A stretch of DNA of 64,000 bases. Source: Schmidtea nova. Lineage: Eukaryota. The number at the start of each line of letters is the position of its first letter. Within the stretch, counting starts at the first letter, position 1. The notes beneath the pieces were generated by a model. That model ran no database searches. It saw only the letters and a list, made by a program, of their open reading frames with translations, and was not told where the DNA came from. Location: assembly GCA_044892505.1 (NCBI GenBank), contig CM097882.1, positions 72,602,001-72,666,000 of the forward strand, read 5' to 3'. Both the position numbers and the translations under genes were made by a program. Below are positions 33,890 to 48,858 of this stretch, in pieces.

Positions 33890-36800
33890 CTAGAACTTTA
33901 CAAGACCTTGATTTTAATATTATTGTTTCGATCTCGATCTGGCTTAATGCGTTTGTTTCCAAGACGGATATCTGGCACATGTCTAGGTACTCCATCAACG
34001 TCAATATTCGTAGAAGAATTGACAGTTGTAACGATTCCCGGATTTCATATCGTAGTACATCGCGCGTTTGGCGGCTTCACGAAAACTGGCTGGCCAATGA
34101 TGTAACTGCTTTCGGCAATAAAATCCACGATTTTCTTGTAAGGAAGTTTCCAATTATACAAGAATATTTTTTCCGATGGACTTTTGGAATTACTTTCTGA
34201 CGATTTCAGCACCATGTTGTACCAATATACCATTTCGAGTGGACTTTTTCCATTACGAACAGCCACGCGCTTAATGGTTCGATGGTTTCGTTCGACGATA
34301 CCATTACCTCTGGACGGTAAGCACATCAAAAAAGCCTCTGCACACCCGATTTTGTGCAAGTTTCAAGCACCTGAGCCGACCGAAGTGTCGCTCTATTGTC
34401 CATCAGAATTTGCTTTGGAGGCCCACGCTCTCTGAATACCTCTTCCAACAGATATGCTACACTTATTGCATCCTCGTTTCGTGTCTTTTTCCATATCGCA
34501 AGCCTGCTCGGAACATAACCAACGATAGTTAAGAATTTGTCAGAACCAAAATGTGTGACATCAATTGCAATACGACTCCAATTATACATAACATTAAGAT
34601 CACTATGAGACCGTGTACTTGTGCAGGGTCAATCGACTGACATTGTAGACACTCCTGAACAACAGTCTTAACATCAGCTCTAGATGACAACGGATCATTC
34701 GTTTTGACGATATGGTGCGTTTTATCTATTCCAAATTGATGCATTTCGTGAATTTTCTTGATTTCATTCAGATTGATTCCGACGCTCTCTACTTGCTTGG
34801 TTTTCATCCTCCACTTTATCCATACTCATGTAAGACTATCAGCTTTGTCACTATTTAATTTGATAAGCATAATCTTCAGATGAAGGAGGCATTCTGCAAT
34901 CAAATCTTCTATAATACCAAGGCGTCTGCGGATTAAAGCCTCTGTAATTCCATGAACATGAACTCGACTATTTCTGTCTATTACCGCAGACACCCACGAG
35001 AATACAGAGGCAGAATCAATCATTATAGTGATGTCTTTGGGTCCCCATTGAACGCCCAGATTGATACCCTTGAGTACCGAGTCAAATTCAGCCAGATTAA
35101 TATGCGAAAGATCGTTGGTCTTCCTGAGCCATGCTGCATCTTCCACCGTTACTTCATTCATTTCAATGACGAAACCAATAGCTATATCGCTAGCATCACA
35201 CCAGACCACTCCTGAATCAGTTTCCGGAACTTCCCATTGACCAGTAGCTGGATCTTGTCTATTAATCTCGATAACGAGTACTAGCATTTTCTCGCACAAC
35301 TTACCAGCTTTATCTTCCCATTTGACGACTTTACAACATCTTTTCAAAAAACTACACGATATTCTCATCCAGCTTGCAATTGGATAATGACCCACTATGC
35401 GGCAACACATGGCATAGAGCTCTCGTTTTGTCAGACTATTCTCTGTATAATCGATATTGATAATGTTACCTCGAAACCACATCAGTTTTCCATCTCGAAT
35501 ACTGTGTATTTTTAAACCTAGGGCTTTGGCACCTTCGATTGGTTCTGGTTTTTTGGTAATCAGACCATATTGCTTTAAATGCTGAACTACGGTATCTACG
35601 TCGACACGAGAAAGATCCAATGCAATATTATCAATATAGTGTGACGATACTGCAGCAATCCTTTCATCTTTAGCCAGAACACATCTCAGAATTGTCGACA
35701 TGATTTTAGGAGCGTTACGCAGACCAAACCCTAATCTATTTAAAAAGTAATTTTTACTTTTATATTTAATCATCTGATATTGCCAGAGATCTTTTTTCAC
35801 TTTAAGTTGAAGATATGCTTTTTTCAGATTGAGCAACACAATATTCCTACCCACGCGTCTCCATTTCATTAATGTAGATCGACAATCATCGCTATCACCA
35901 GTGTGACTAACTTTATAAGAATTCAGTTCTCGAAAATTCATGACTGGATGAACTTTATTCTTATTTTCTTGAAATTCAGCCATCAAAGGAGTTAAACCAA
36001 TTGAAATATTGCTTGCTGATAACAGCAACCCTTTTCCAATCCACTCGTCCAATTCTGATTCATATTTGGCTTTGATTTCTGGTTTCATTTTGTATTCACT
36101 GATTTTATTTTTAATAATTGGTGGGGTATCTTGCCACTTCCAAGCTACAGTCCACTCAACGCCATTAAAGTTAGCCGTGAAATCAGAATTATCTATTTCC
36201 AAACTTTCAGTTGCTAAATGATCAACAACCACCGCTGCTACATTCGATTGAATTCCAAAACGAACCCCATTATCAGATATCGTCACTTCTTTCAGTGCCA
36301 TTATTGCTTCAAGTCCTAAAATCATATCCACGCCCTGCAATAAAGAATCCATAATTAAACAATTAACCACTATCTCGAATCCTTGGACATTCATGATAAC
36401 TCTTGATAATTCGACACTGTTAACTATTCTTTCATCAACTGACATGACTTTAATCTTCTTCGAGGACTTTCGCTTATCCGACACCCGCACAATCCATTGT
36501 GAACAGCCAGAATCCACCAGCGCCAGTCCTTTCACCCCATCCACCACTACATCAAATAATACATGCGCCATACTGGAATTTACTGGCAAGCTGCTGGCGC
36601 ACCAACTTCCCTTTTGTCGTTTCCGCATCATTGTTAGGACAGTCTCTGTTTATGTGACCAAGGATTTTACAGGCCCAGGATTTTACGGACAACTCGAAGC
36701 TCACTGCATTCATTAGACTTGTGACCGATCTTCCCACAGCTGTAGCACCGAACTTTCTGACGAACACATTCACTGACCACGTTTCTTGACACTAACACCA

Positions 36801-37367
36801 CGGAATTATATTCCATTTGCATCATCGACCTTGTCTGATGCACAACCTCGTCCATTGTCATTGTTGTAATCTTGGAACTGGCCCTGAGAAATTTGGCCAC
36901 TTTTGATGGAAGACCAGTAATAAATGCACATCGGAGCGCGTCATTCCCATTGATGTTTGCCAACGAGAGTAATCGGCGTAAATCTGCCCGGAAATCGTCT
37001 ACCGGTTTGTTGCACCATTGTCTGTTTCGAAACAATTCTAAAGCAGTAAACAGTCTATTGAATATGCACTAATTAGTGCCTTTTCAAAAGCTCCGACATT
37101 CTTCTTCTGACCTTGGGATAAATTTTGGTAAACTGTGAATGCTGCCCCATCGAGAAACAAGGGAAGGACATCAACGATCTCGCCCACCTTCTGTAGCTTA
37201 GACACTAGCTATTGAATTACATCTCCATCTCCAGAGAATATCGAAATTGATTTTAGTTTATCCATTTGGCCCGGATAGCTTGAAGAGAAGTCAAATCTAA
37301 ATTAACAAGATCAATGTTTATTACAAATAAAAATCACTATTTATAAGTAAATCTATATTACATTTCA
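33890..37367 (-). mobile_element. Decayed relative of the mini LTR element; 5' LTR present, 3' LTR not found
   Basis: Putative 87-bp LTR 37281-37367 (TGAA...TTCA); gag ATG 37265 with stops and frameshifts, CCHC knuckles; pol ORF 34826-36631 (LVDSGCS, YIDN, CDASD, HINLAE); integrase with C-terminal VKPP...RCTT...VDGVPRH extension. Confidence 0.9.
37269..37280 (-). promoter_or_regulatory. Primer-binding site AGCTATCCGGGC (second copy)
   Basis: Immediately follows the LTR terminal CA on the element strand, 3 nt before the gag ATG. Confidence 0.78.
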
Positions 37368-39541
37368 CTGTTGCGTACCATAGAAACTGCCACCATGCGA
37401 TGCATAACTTTCATCGCATCCTGTGACTAGTGAGGTAATCATTCGACACTACACAATCAAATTATTTTATTCTTTAATTATCATTGTTATTACTATCTTT
37501 ATTATCATAATTATTGTCTTTATCTTATGATTCATTATCGAATCTTTATCTTCTTTAATTATAATTCATATTTATCAAAATTAATTTTCATAAAAATTAA
37601 AATTCTGTTAAGGCTGGCCTCAGGTACGATATACTCAAGTTAACGATTCTACCTGGACATGTTCAAATGTACCTAGCATTTATACTACTTTTGTTTATTG
37701 TGAGAGAGATAAAACAAAATATGTTATACCAATTGGTGACAAAGAAACAACATTGTCTCCACAGGATAAATATATTATAAAAAATATTTTCTTTATAGAG
37801 GGTTTTATCACTTATACATATCTCTTTATGAATCATTCCTTCCAATGTACTTGCTTGGCAAAAATGTCATTGACGCCATACGATAAGGAAACCGAAGAAA
37901 ACTTCGATCTTCCTTTTAAAAGTAAGGTTTGATTTTATCAATTTTTTCCACTATCACATTAGTTCAGTGATTCCCAAAGTGATTCCCTTGGGGGAGTTGG
38001 AGGCCGGTTAATTATATGTCTAACTCAGGTGTTTGGGCAAAACCTATTATTTACGTAATTTGGACTTTTATTGTAACTCATTTAAATTCTTTCAATCGAT
38101 AATATTTTTGTTCTGATTGGTTTGACTTAAATTCATAAGAGAAAAAAAGAGGACCCGTCGATAAGTTTAAAAGGTTGATGATAAAGTTAAGCATTTTTCA
38201 GCCAGTTCAATTTTATCGAAGTTAAAAATCATTCTAATACTTTAATAAACAAATATGTGATTCAAGTTATTGTTTTTTAATTATTTTCATAGTCATGACT
38301 GGATCAGTCAGTCCACTATTCTGGTGAAAGATTTTTAGAATCAAGGAGATGGTGGCTTTCACTGCTTTAGTTGAAAGTTCACTGCATCTTTTGAAGTATT
38401 TTTAACTTTAAGATCCGGCTCTTCATAGTAACTGAATTTATATTGGTTAATTAATTGTATAATTTTTTCTGTTCAATCGGCCTGGTGTCGAAATCAGGTA
38501 AGAATCAAGTAAGTTCGAAAAGTAAAAGTAAGAAAAAACTTTAAAAATAAGTGAAATAATATGAAACAAAAACCGGGCGATGGCACTCTGGTACGAATGT
38601 AAATCTTTAGATATTTCGTTATGACAACGAAAAATTTTAAAATGAAAATTAATAGTTTTTTTCTTTGTATTTCATGAAAATTTTCTTTCTCTTAAAAGGT
38701 GAAATTCCAAAAATTTCAAGCTTTTTTCAAATAATAAAAATGTTAGTTCTCTTATATCAAAGGTGCTTTCTTTCACCGGAGTGGTTTCCATTAACTTATT
38801 CTAAGTTACAGTTTATTTTAGTTTAAAAATTAAAATTTTTCTTTAGGGTTATTGACTTTAGTTCTTTAAGTACATTGACCTAAATAAATATTCTCAAACT
38901 TTTATAGGGCTCTTTCTTAAATAATTATAATTATAATAATTGTTATTACAATTACAATAATAATAAAAAATAATAATTAATATTATAATTATAATTATAA
39001 TTATAATATAATTATAAAACAATAACCATATTTTATTAATGTTATTATGTCCGTTTATAGTATTATTTTTATTTACTCTTTTTATAAGATTTTGTATTAA
39101 TAAGTTTATATAGAATCAAGTGAGATATGAATTCAGGCCCTCCCACTCCATAGCAATATTTATGGCTGTATGAAATATTTGCACGATAATACCGACAAAG
39201 GAATTTTTTAGACAAATTTCAAAACAAGAAAGATAGATAAATAACTATTTAAATCATATTAAAATTTTTATTTCTTATTAGTATGCTTTATAAAAATTTT
39301 TTGTTTTAATGGAATCTATTACGATTTCATAATTAAAATAACTAATTTGTTACACTAATATAATTTCTAGATTTTTAAAATGAATTTGATAATTTGTTTA
39401 ACATTTATTTAGAACTTCAATGTAAAATATTTTTATTTTTTATGATTCCTTTTTTCCGTTGAAGCCTCTTGTAAATAAAAATTAAAACATTTTTTTCATT
39501 TTATATTTGTATTAATAATTATTTTTGTTTTTTTTATTCTA

Positions 39542-39832
39542 GCTAAAGTGACTTTATTAACAACAACTCCCAGATTTCCTAAACTCGCAAGATATATAAC
39601 ATGTAAACCCCGGTATGGCATTGGATACGCAGATGGAAATTGGATCTGTGAATTTTGTTTAAATCCTAATAAAACTGATCACCACAAAGAAGTTTGTGAA
39701 AATACATATGTCACTAAAAATATAATATTGTACGACATATATATACAAGAAGAAAAATTATATTGTAGATGTTTCATACAAACGTTGAATTTTTATCCAG
39801 AATGGACAAATCAGCTTTTTAAAATACCATTC
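39542..39832 (+). CDS. Possible host exon with a Cys-containing motif
   Basis: TTCTAG acceptor, open frame with WICEFCLNPN, GT donor at about 39833; family not recognised. Confidence 0.3.
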
Positions 39833-42719
39833 AGTAAAACTTTTATGTTAAATTTCTATTATAAAATTCATTATTCTATTTATTTAATCTATTCCAAGCC
39901 TTGGCAGCCCAGAACGATGCGGCAATAAATTCAAAACAATTAATATAGAGTGACACGTAAAGAAATTATTTAGTTTTCGTAAATAAAATGCTACATACAA
40001 ATATCAATATAAAACATTTTTGGTTTTACAAAAAGATAAAAAATTCATATAAATAATATAAAAAAGCAATTTCAATCACTAATTTAAAGTTCTAGTTATT
40101 TTGCTAAGTTTATCGATTTTAATTTCAATTTTGTTCCGGTTACACTTTAAGCTGCATATCGCATACGAGTAAGCGGTTGTCCAGGCCTGATTTATTCTAT
40201 CAATATGACTGGTTTTCATGGATTTTTCTTTATTTTACCTTTATCATCTAATAATGGTATGACTTTTGCAACTCAATGTCACCACATTTAAACACGATAA
40301 GAAATGTGCAAGACAGACACAAACGATAAATTTTAATTCCATTTTCCTTTGAAAAATTTTAAATATTGGTTGTATGGATAAATTTTAGCAATAATTAAAA
40401 CAACATGGCGGGATTTACTGTATTATTATTTTATTTTGAGGGACCAAATAAGAGTAAATTGTTTATATCTCGAGTTGTTCTACTTATTTCATTATTTTGT
40501 CCAATATTTAAAGTCAACAGCCTTTTAAGAGATCAAATAATTGTGTCAAATAATATCTTCATAAAAGTGACAGATAATTTGCAAGCATTTCCCGAGAGCC
40601 AAAGTATTGTAAATAGTAAAAAATATTTATTAAATCATTGCAAGATTCTAATGGAAAGAGCTGGAAAATAATGAAGTTGTGAAACATCAATGTGATCGAA
40701 ATTTAATCAAAATTTTAATAAAATTTTTTAGCAAGAAATTTACTATAAATAATTTTAATAATTATAACAATAAATATAAAATACAATAAAAGCTAAATTG
40801 GCAAATTAAAGTAATTTTAAAATAAGTGGTTGCTTGTTATATTGCAGTGATATTATGTTTAAATAGAAAATAAAAATTTGAAAAGAACTTTGAATAATTA
40901 ATTTTACAGAATTATATTAAGTTACACTTCGCCTCATACCGGTCGTTTTATTTGGTTTATTTTTGTTTACTAAATGATTGACACGGAAAGAAGGATTTTC
41001 CTGTATTTTAATATTGTTGGAAGATTGCAAAAAGTGCAAATTTAATCATCTTGTCAACAAAACTATTTCATATAAATCGTTCGAAAATTCATTTGGTTAC
41101 AAATTCAGAGATTTGTGCATTTTAGTCGTGAAAAAAATTCATTTTAATCTTTTTTGGATTATGAAAAACAAATTTTATAAATAAAAATTTAAGATGGTTG
41201 CCGAGGGATTGTTTGAAGTGTGACTGAAATTTTATTTTCCATTAATAAATTAGTAAAATCAATGGGAAATGTTCAGAAATTAATAGTTAAACATGTTAAA
41301 AGTATAGAATTTCCGTTAAATAAAGATGAAATTAAAATTTCCCCGATAGCACCTTGAGTAGCATTATGAATGACATGTTAGTCTGTCAGAATACTTCCAC
41401 TATCAGAAAAGAAATGACAGCAACTACATGAAGCAAACTCGAAAATGGTTGAAATAACCATAATTCCGGAACTCAAATGTACCCCTCATAGGGTCGCATT
41501 GGTTAAAGAGACATTTGTAGAGTGTGACACTAAAGCTAAAAGTTACTTTAATTGACTGAAGAAACGACATACAACTCGATTCGAAATTATTTACCAAATG
41601 CTAAATTGTCCTATTTATACTTCAAAACACTTTTAGCCTTAGCTACAAAATCTGGAATTCTCTCTGGTTATTTGCTATTTTGGGATTTATTTCACTTCTT
41701 CATCACATAGATCGACTATTATCAAGTTTATTTCTAACGTTTGAATAAATTTGTGGTTTACTAAATATACCTTGTCCAAAATAATATTATAGATTGAAAT
41801 AAGTCATGCAAAAATCACTGCAAAGCAAAAATTTGTTCCCAGGCTAAGTAATAAATTCTCAACGTTGTAATATTTGGGCAGAAAAATTATCCAATTTTTA
41901 CAAATTTTATACTGCTTTAGAAAAAGTTTTCCATATGATGTTTATCTTATGTAATAAAGTCAGCTTTTTCCTGTTTTATTATTTTTCATTTATATTTGTA
42001 TATTGTGAACCGTCTGTAATATTTCTCTATAGGTAGGTTTTTATATAGAAATTAACACAAGTAACTTCTCAGTTAAGATGGATCATAATGTCTATAAATA
42101 TGGCTTTAAAAACGGCTTCAGCTTACAAATAAATATGAATTTAAAATTAATAATAAAAAAAACGTCGCAATGATTTAATAATAGAAAAACGCCAACTAAG
42201 TAAATTCAACATAAACGCGATATATTTCGATTGTATAACAATCTTCTTCAGGCAGCAATCAGGACAATCAATAATAAAATAGAAAATATGCAATATCTAA
42301 ACAAATTAATTAATAATCATCTCCATACTATATCAAAATTTAATTTAATTTTTTTATTACATAAATTTTTAAAATTTAATTAATAAGCAAACAACATTTT
42401 TCATAATTCAACATACATTTTTTTTAAAAATAAAATAAAATTTAATAAAATTTTAAAATTCAACGTACAATTTACAAATTTAAAAAAAAATTAAAATGTT
42501 CACAAAAACAAACATAATTATACCACAAACACAATTCTATATATAAAAATTTTAAATTCAATTTAATATAAAATTTAGATTTAATTATAAACTTGAAAAG
42601 CGCTGTGCATAAAATTTTTGTAGTTTTAAAAATATTATATTAATGATTGATTAGAATAAAATTTACTTTATTTTTTCATAATTATTTTGTAAGTCTAGAT
42701 CAAAGTTTTTTGTTGCTCT

Positions 42720-43330
42720 CAGGTACACAATATTACATCACAGCATATATCAAGTGTGTATTTTCACTTACTTGATAAATGATATGCCGAAATATCGTGT
42801 ACATAACAACCAAAATAAATTATTCTATATTCTTTCAAAAATTGTTGTGAAAATTATTGAATTTAAAAAAGAGATCAAAGGTGAAATCAAAAGACAATTA
42901 TGATAATTTTATCTTCATTAAATTGAATTAAAAGATAATATTTGAATTTTTATTAACTAAATTTACTTAGCTAGATTATCTTTTCAGGCACTTTTGATTA
43001 TTTAGCTGAAAACATTCCCATGGTAATTCATAAATATTTGTTTTTAATATTTATTTGGACACTAATAATTTACGCTTATTTTTTTGAACTCATAAGAATA
43101 TATCAATTTAAGGCCTTTCATTCCATGCAGTATGAGGATTTCATATATTTTAGGTTTCATTTATTTTTCAAAACTTCTGTATTAAAAGTGAGACGAAAAA
43201 CTTTTAAAATTATATATTTTAATTGCACTTTTATTTCAGAGCGAAATCTATAAAAAATACATTCTTGTAGGAAATCCAGCAGATTTCAAAGCAATTATAT
43301 TAAACACTGAAAAACAACTTCAAATTTACG
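42720..43330 (-). pseudogene. Degenerate paralogue of the 6.1-6.7 kb membrane-protein locus
   Basis: Shared ACTTGATAA..TGCCGAAATAT.GTG and GATCAAAGGTGAAA; exon end YFGISFI then GTAAGT. Confidence 0.35.
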
Positions 43331-43698
43331 TAATAAATTGTATTTTTTAGTAAAATTATTGTAAGTAATAAAATTTTATTATTAAATATCAATAGATCAA
43401 TAAAACGATTAAGGATAACGGAAAATTGAAAATTGATCTTAATTTATTGAATTCCAAAATTGAAACAACTAGCATAACCTTGACATTGCCCTGGCAACTG
43501 CAAAAAACACACGTTTTAATTATTCTAAAATGTTGAAACTGAGCACTTATAAACCCAGTTCAATTAATAATTTATTAAATCTTTGATTTGGATCTGAAGA
43601 ATTGTCATTATTGATCCACTTACTCTTTTTCATCACTTGGATATATTTCAGAAAACCTCTTAAATCATTGTTCTAAACTATATATGTTCTAATCTATA

Positions 43699-44495
43699 TA
43701 TGGTGCGTTCAATAAGTACTCGGACTAGGTGCTAGGAAACCAATAGGAACGGTTTAATTTTAACATAAGAACAACAATAGTATGTAGGCTTTATTTTACA
43801 ATGAAACTTATTGTGGTCCACATGCTTCTTCCAGCGATGCAATAGTTCCAAAACATTATTTTTGAAGAAAATTGGGCTTTGGTCTTCAAAAAGGTTTCAT
43901 TTATTGTTGTAAGTCTGCTGATTTTTGCTAGATTTTGCTTTTCCATATGCCTGAATAAATAAAAGTCAATGGGCGCAAGATCGGGATTGTAGGAGGTAGA
44001 ATCTAATAGAACAGCTCTATTTTTCTCAATCATTTACATTGTGTTCGTACTTTTTGGAGTCGGGCGTTGTCTTGGAGGAGCCTTAGAGGGAGACCACGTT
44101 GCTTTCTGTGATAACGTCGGCATATGTCTTCGATGTTGCTTTAGTAAGTGGAATTAAATCACAGAGCATTTTCAGCGAAATCCAATCAAATTATGCCCCT
44201 TCGACCCCAAAAGAAATATCAACATAAATGATTTTCGATGAAATATTCCAGATTTAATTTTCCTGGGACCTGTTTCCCCAAGGAATTTCCATTTGCTGGA
44301 CTAATGCTTTGTTTCACAGACATACAGTGATAAAGGGGTTTTATCAGTAGTACTGATATATCCCACACTGCTTTGCATATACATATTAAAACAAACTATA
44401 TTTTTGTAATAGATAATATATTATGATTTCACTAGAATATTGTTGAAGTAATATTATTTTATGAGGTAGTCCAGGTACTTATTGAACACACTACG
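43699..44495 (-). mobile_element. Internally deleted mariner element
   Basis: About 30-bp imperfect TIRs (GTG(C/T)GTTCAATAAGTAC..GGACTA), TA flanks; QDNAR and YNPDLAPIDFYLF motifs. Confidence 0.88.
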
Positions 44496-46050
44496 TACAC
44501 GTCTTCTATCTTAGCAGTAAATAAAAATGTAAGCCAGTAATGCAGTAGGTGATGAATTTGTCAAAGGCCTCTTCAATTTCACTTGATCTTCGAGTTTTCT
44601 ATTAGTAAGATAAAGGTCATAATTAAAAAATTGAAACCAATAGCTGACAAGTCAGGTAAACATAAAGGATGGGAAAGAGCTTCAAACTTCAATTCTTATT
44701 TTAAGTGTCACTTTTGTTCTTAAGAGCATCTGTTATTATGTAATAAAATGACATTCATGCTGGTAAATTCTGCTGAAGTTTAAAAACGAACAATTTAAAT
44801 TTTTTTTAGTATTAATGGTTGCTCCACATCCCAAAAAGATGTGACTGGTCACACTAGCACTATTGTAGCTTACAAATTATATACCTATTATATAAATAAA
44901 TTATATTTAAGTGTATTTAGATTGTTTACCTACATATTTAATAACAAAATAATAGCCGTAATTATGAAATGTAAATCTGCGGTCACCAACGTTTTAAGTC
45001 ATTTTATTCTTGATTTAAAAAGTGAAACATAATGTACTATAAATCATAAGAAAACTTTATTGTTATGTATCACTTCAATTTACTTTACAGTCTATTCCGG
45101 TTATTTCTTTATTCTCTTATTTTTCCTTCACAAAATAATACTTTAGTGAATGATTTTGATAATTCGCCGCCTAATTAGTTTATTCTAAATCCACAACTAA
45201 TTATCTAATCGCTATTCACAAGTTACAACTACTGTATACATGAATATATTCTATTCTAGGGAAAATCAAATAATTCACTCTATTAACCTTCATATTATTG
45301 ACATTTAGGCAGTTTATGATTATCATACTTGACAATTGAATTCAAAATCATTAAACAGATCCATAAAATTTATTCAATAAAAATAATAATGAAAAACTAA
45401 ACTGCTTTTCATTTGTTATGATATTTAAACAAATTCACCATTTTTTATTTTAAATTTTTATAACTTTTTAATTTGTAATATAAAATCATTTTGTAAATTT
45501 TGAATATTTTGTAAATAATAAATTTAAAAATTTTTTAGAAAGTTCCATTTTCCCTCTTAGATAGACTGCACAAAATTTAAATAAGCGCATCCTAACTAGC
45601 ACGCTCATCGACAAAAACAAATGGAAAACTCATTCATACTCCATTGTCAAAGTAATAATACTCAATTGATGCAGTACAAATAAATTCAGATTTGATATAT
45701 AGAATTATTAACGCCTTCTGACACATACACGTTGACTAGACACTTCATATAGACATATTCAATTTAACGCACCTATCCTTCTACCCTCCAACACAACTAT
45801 TTAAACAAGCATAACTAATTATGCAATCTCATTGAGTCTTCAACGTCGTACGTACATAATTGCAAATTCCTTATATAATAAAGTTTCGAGTTCTCCACAA
45901 AATAATCAAAACATCAAGGTGACGCTAAATTATTGTTTTAGCATTTAAACCTTTACACCTAACTCCCAAATTAAAAATTTGTTGCTTTCACTTATTTTGA
46001 CTCTTTCCGACTTACTTCAAGAGATGAATTAATTGGAATACACTGTATAT

Positions 46051-46053
<3 letters not shown>

Positions 46054-46100
<47 letters not shown>
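46054..46100. repeat. (TA)n microsatellite
   Basis: Directly visible. Confidence 0.95.
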
Positions 46101-46103
<3 letters not shown>

Positions 46104-47573
46104 GCATAGATGAATGATTAGTATGCCTCCCAAATGACACACAAGTTGTATAATATGGGTAAACATTGCTAAATGACGACATTGGTATGCTTTTTGGAAC
46201 TAAAGAGACATAAGCTTTTTTATATTGTGATATATTCTATATAAGGAGTATTTTAATGCACTATGATATGCTATTTAATGTGTCTTACTTGAGATAAGAT
46301 GGAATTTATCTCAACAAATATAAGCGTTGTATGATGATATAATAACAAATTATAATAAAATAATTATATAAAAATATATTTATAAGATAAATATGACACC
46401 AGTGTTTGATGATTGATGATGGAATGTTTGTATGCAATGAAATGAAGTAAGAATGTTTGTGATCTGTATCAATTATAAATAGTATCAATCTATAAATAGT
46501 ATTAAAATTGTTTGCTTCGTTTTTGAAATATCCTAAATAAATATTGTTAAACAATGTCAGTTTTTTTTGTATTAAATTATGTTTGCTTTTAAATTTTGAA
46601 AATTCACTATTGGTAAGAGGGTACCCATGTATATTTTAACCCTATTTCAAACAGTGTATCTGATAAACTGAATGTAAATACTGTATATTTTTATCATTGA
46701 CATTTTTACTATGGTTATTATCTTTATTGTTGTTATTATTGTTATCGAAACCGCTGTAATCTTGGTAGGTGTCCCTGCGGACACCGGTTGAACCCCCCAT
46801 TTTTATATTTGCTTTGCTATGACCGACAATCTTGTCGAGGAAATATTATAAAATAAAATTCCTCAAATTATTAAATAAAGAATTAAAAATTCATATTTAA
46901 ATAAAAAATCAAAAATCAATGACAAATTATATAGCAACCCTTAGAAATGAAAAACTAATACAAATTAAGAAAATTGATTTTTGAAGTTAATTTAAAAGAA
47001 AAATAAATAACTAATATTGTCGGAAATTAATTGTCGGAAAGTTGATCTTTAAGAGTATTCAAAGAGTCAAAAGAAATATTTTCACCGATATAAAAGTAAT
47101 TTTTTCGTGGTTCTAGATTTGTTAATTATCGCTAAAATTCAATTTTTATTAAAATATAGTTTTTTTATTTATATTGTGTTGTATGTTTACTGATATTCAA
47201 TTGTTACAGAAAACCTACATTTCATAAGCACACACCCCAATTGTCCCCACAATAAGTTTTGGGAGACTCTTTTGGGCTCTACAAATCTCCCTTTATACAC
47301 ACACAAACTAACTTAAACTATACTTAAACCCCAACACTGAATATATTGTCTAAAAATGGAAATTTGTCGATTTTCCATATAGTATAACATACTATTATAA
47401 TTGTCACTTTAAGGAGTATAGGTTGGATAAAATATTGAGAGGCTAGTAAATATTTCAAACGAATAAGTAAAATGAGAATAAATATAAATATATTATGAAT
47501 TCATCAATTTTTCTAAATTATTTTGTATGAATCTTTATAATTTATGTACTTGAATTGTAGAGAGAAATTATAA

Positions 47574-47782
47574 GAAAGAGAGAAATTATAAGAAAGAGAA
47601 AACTTAAAAGTAAATAATTTAATGTTTGATTTAATTTTTTTTGCACGATCACATTTAAGAATTGAAAGAAATTGAAGAAAAAGAATTGAAGAAAAGGGAG
47701 AAACTAAATAGACAAGTAAATTCTAAACATAATGGTAGGTTATAACATTGAAATTTTCATTAAGATGTACGTCATTGTTCAT
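47574..47782 (+). CDS. Possible terminal micro-exons of a host gene (Lys/Glu/Arg-rich)
   Basis: Short GT..AG introns (about 30-50 nt) join REIIRKREIIRKRKLK / KLKEIEEKELKKREKLNRQ / DVRHCS* in frame; could be chance. Confidence 0.25.
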
Positions 47783-48489
47783 GATGAAGAAAGGAAGAGT
47801 GAAGTAATAAAAGTTATAATTAAAATTACGTTAAAATAAATTTCAGACTATTCCACGAGAGGAAATGCTAGTAGTACTTGATAAAATTATATTTAAATAA
47901 TTGTTTTTATTTTTATTTAATAGAAACGAATTCAAAAAGACAAAATCACTCTAGATGGAAGCGTAAGTAAATTTATGTATAATATTCAAAAAATTTAAAA
48001 TTATTTACAATTAATCTTTAACAATAAAAAATCATTTAATTACGCGAAAAATTCATTAATAATAATAATAATAAATAATTCCCCATGTTGATTCCAAAAT
48101 TGTAATTGAGGTCTTTGATCTGGTCAATCTTTTAAGTGATGATAGCATCATTATTTTACCACTAAAACTTCCTATTCCATAAAAAAATTCAGTTTTTTCA
48201 GTTATTTTACTAATATGCAGTAACAATATACTAGAAAATAAAAAATGAAATATAAGTTTGTATTTAAGCCTCTGGAGCCTTGACTGCTTCATTTTGCTTT
48301 GATAGAAGGATTCTGTTCACGCATTGTCCACTTGCACTATCACGTGATTACATTAGCTCATCTTGTAATAAATTCTGTTATTGCTAGACAATTGATTGAC
48401 CGAATGCATTCATTGAAGCGAATGATAGATAACAAATCTTTGATTTTGGTTAATCTTTACAATTATCGGTATTTCGTGGAATAGAGAAT

Positions 48490-48858
48490 ATTATTTGTTT
48501 GATTTTTTAAATTAAAAACATCCATAGCATATTTCAAAAAAAATATTTTTTTAAAACAACAAACTGAATATTATTCAAACAATTTCTTGAAACATTCCAT
48601 AACAATTGTTTTTATATTCGAGGATATTTTAGCTAGCATGAGTGAACAATTGAAATAGGAAATATTCATACACAAGCATTCAATAAATATTTTATATTTT
48701 TACTTTACAATCATTCTTAAATATGAAATTTACAGTCAAATCAATTAATAACTTCAATATTTAAATTAAATTTATTATGTTAATCTATAATATTATTATA
48801 GTTTTTAAATCCATTTTTATCTGAAAATTAAATCTATTTCTACTTAATTATCCTCAGA
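48490..48858 (-). mobile_element. Solo LTR of the 55.2-kb gypsy family
   Basis: Reverse complement aligns along the length of 55204-55556 (e.g. GACTGTAAATTTCATATTTAAGAATGATTG exact). Confidence 0.75.

Noticed and set aside
37269-37280. tRNA-Lys gene on the plus strand
   Set aside because: Only nt 1-12 match; no D-loop, anticodon or T arm follows.
37864-38497. 5' exons of a host gene (MSLTPYDKETEENFDLPFK|GTAAGG and a later CAG|GTAAG)
   Set aside because: Could not build a stop-free spliced frame across the candidate exons.
41330-41470. HtrA-like protease fragment on the minus strand (ASCSC...ILTD*HVI)
   Set aside because: Short similarity with a stop and no further catalytic motifs; insufficient support.
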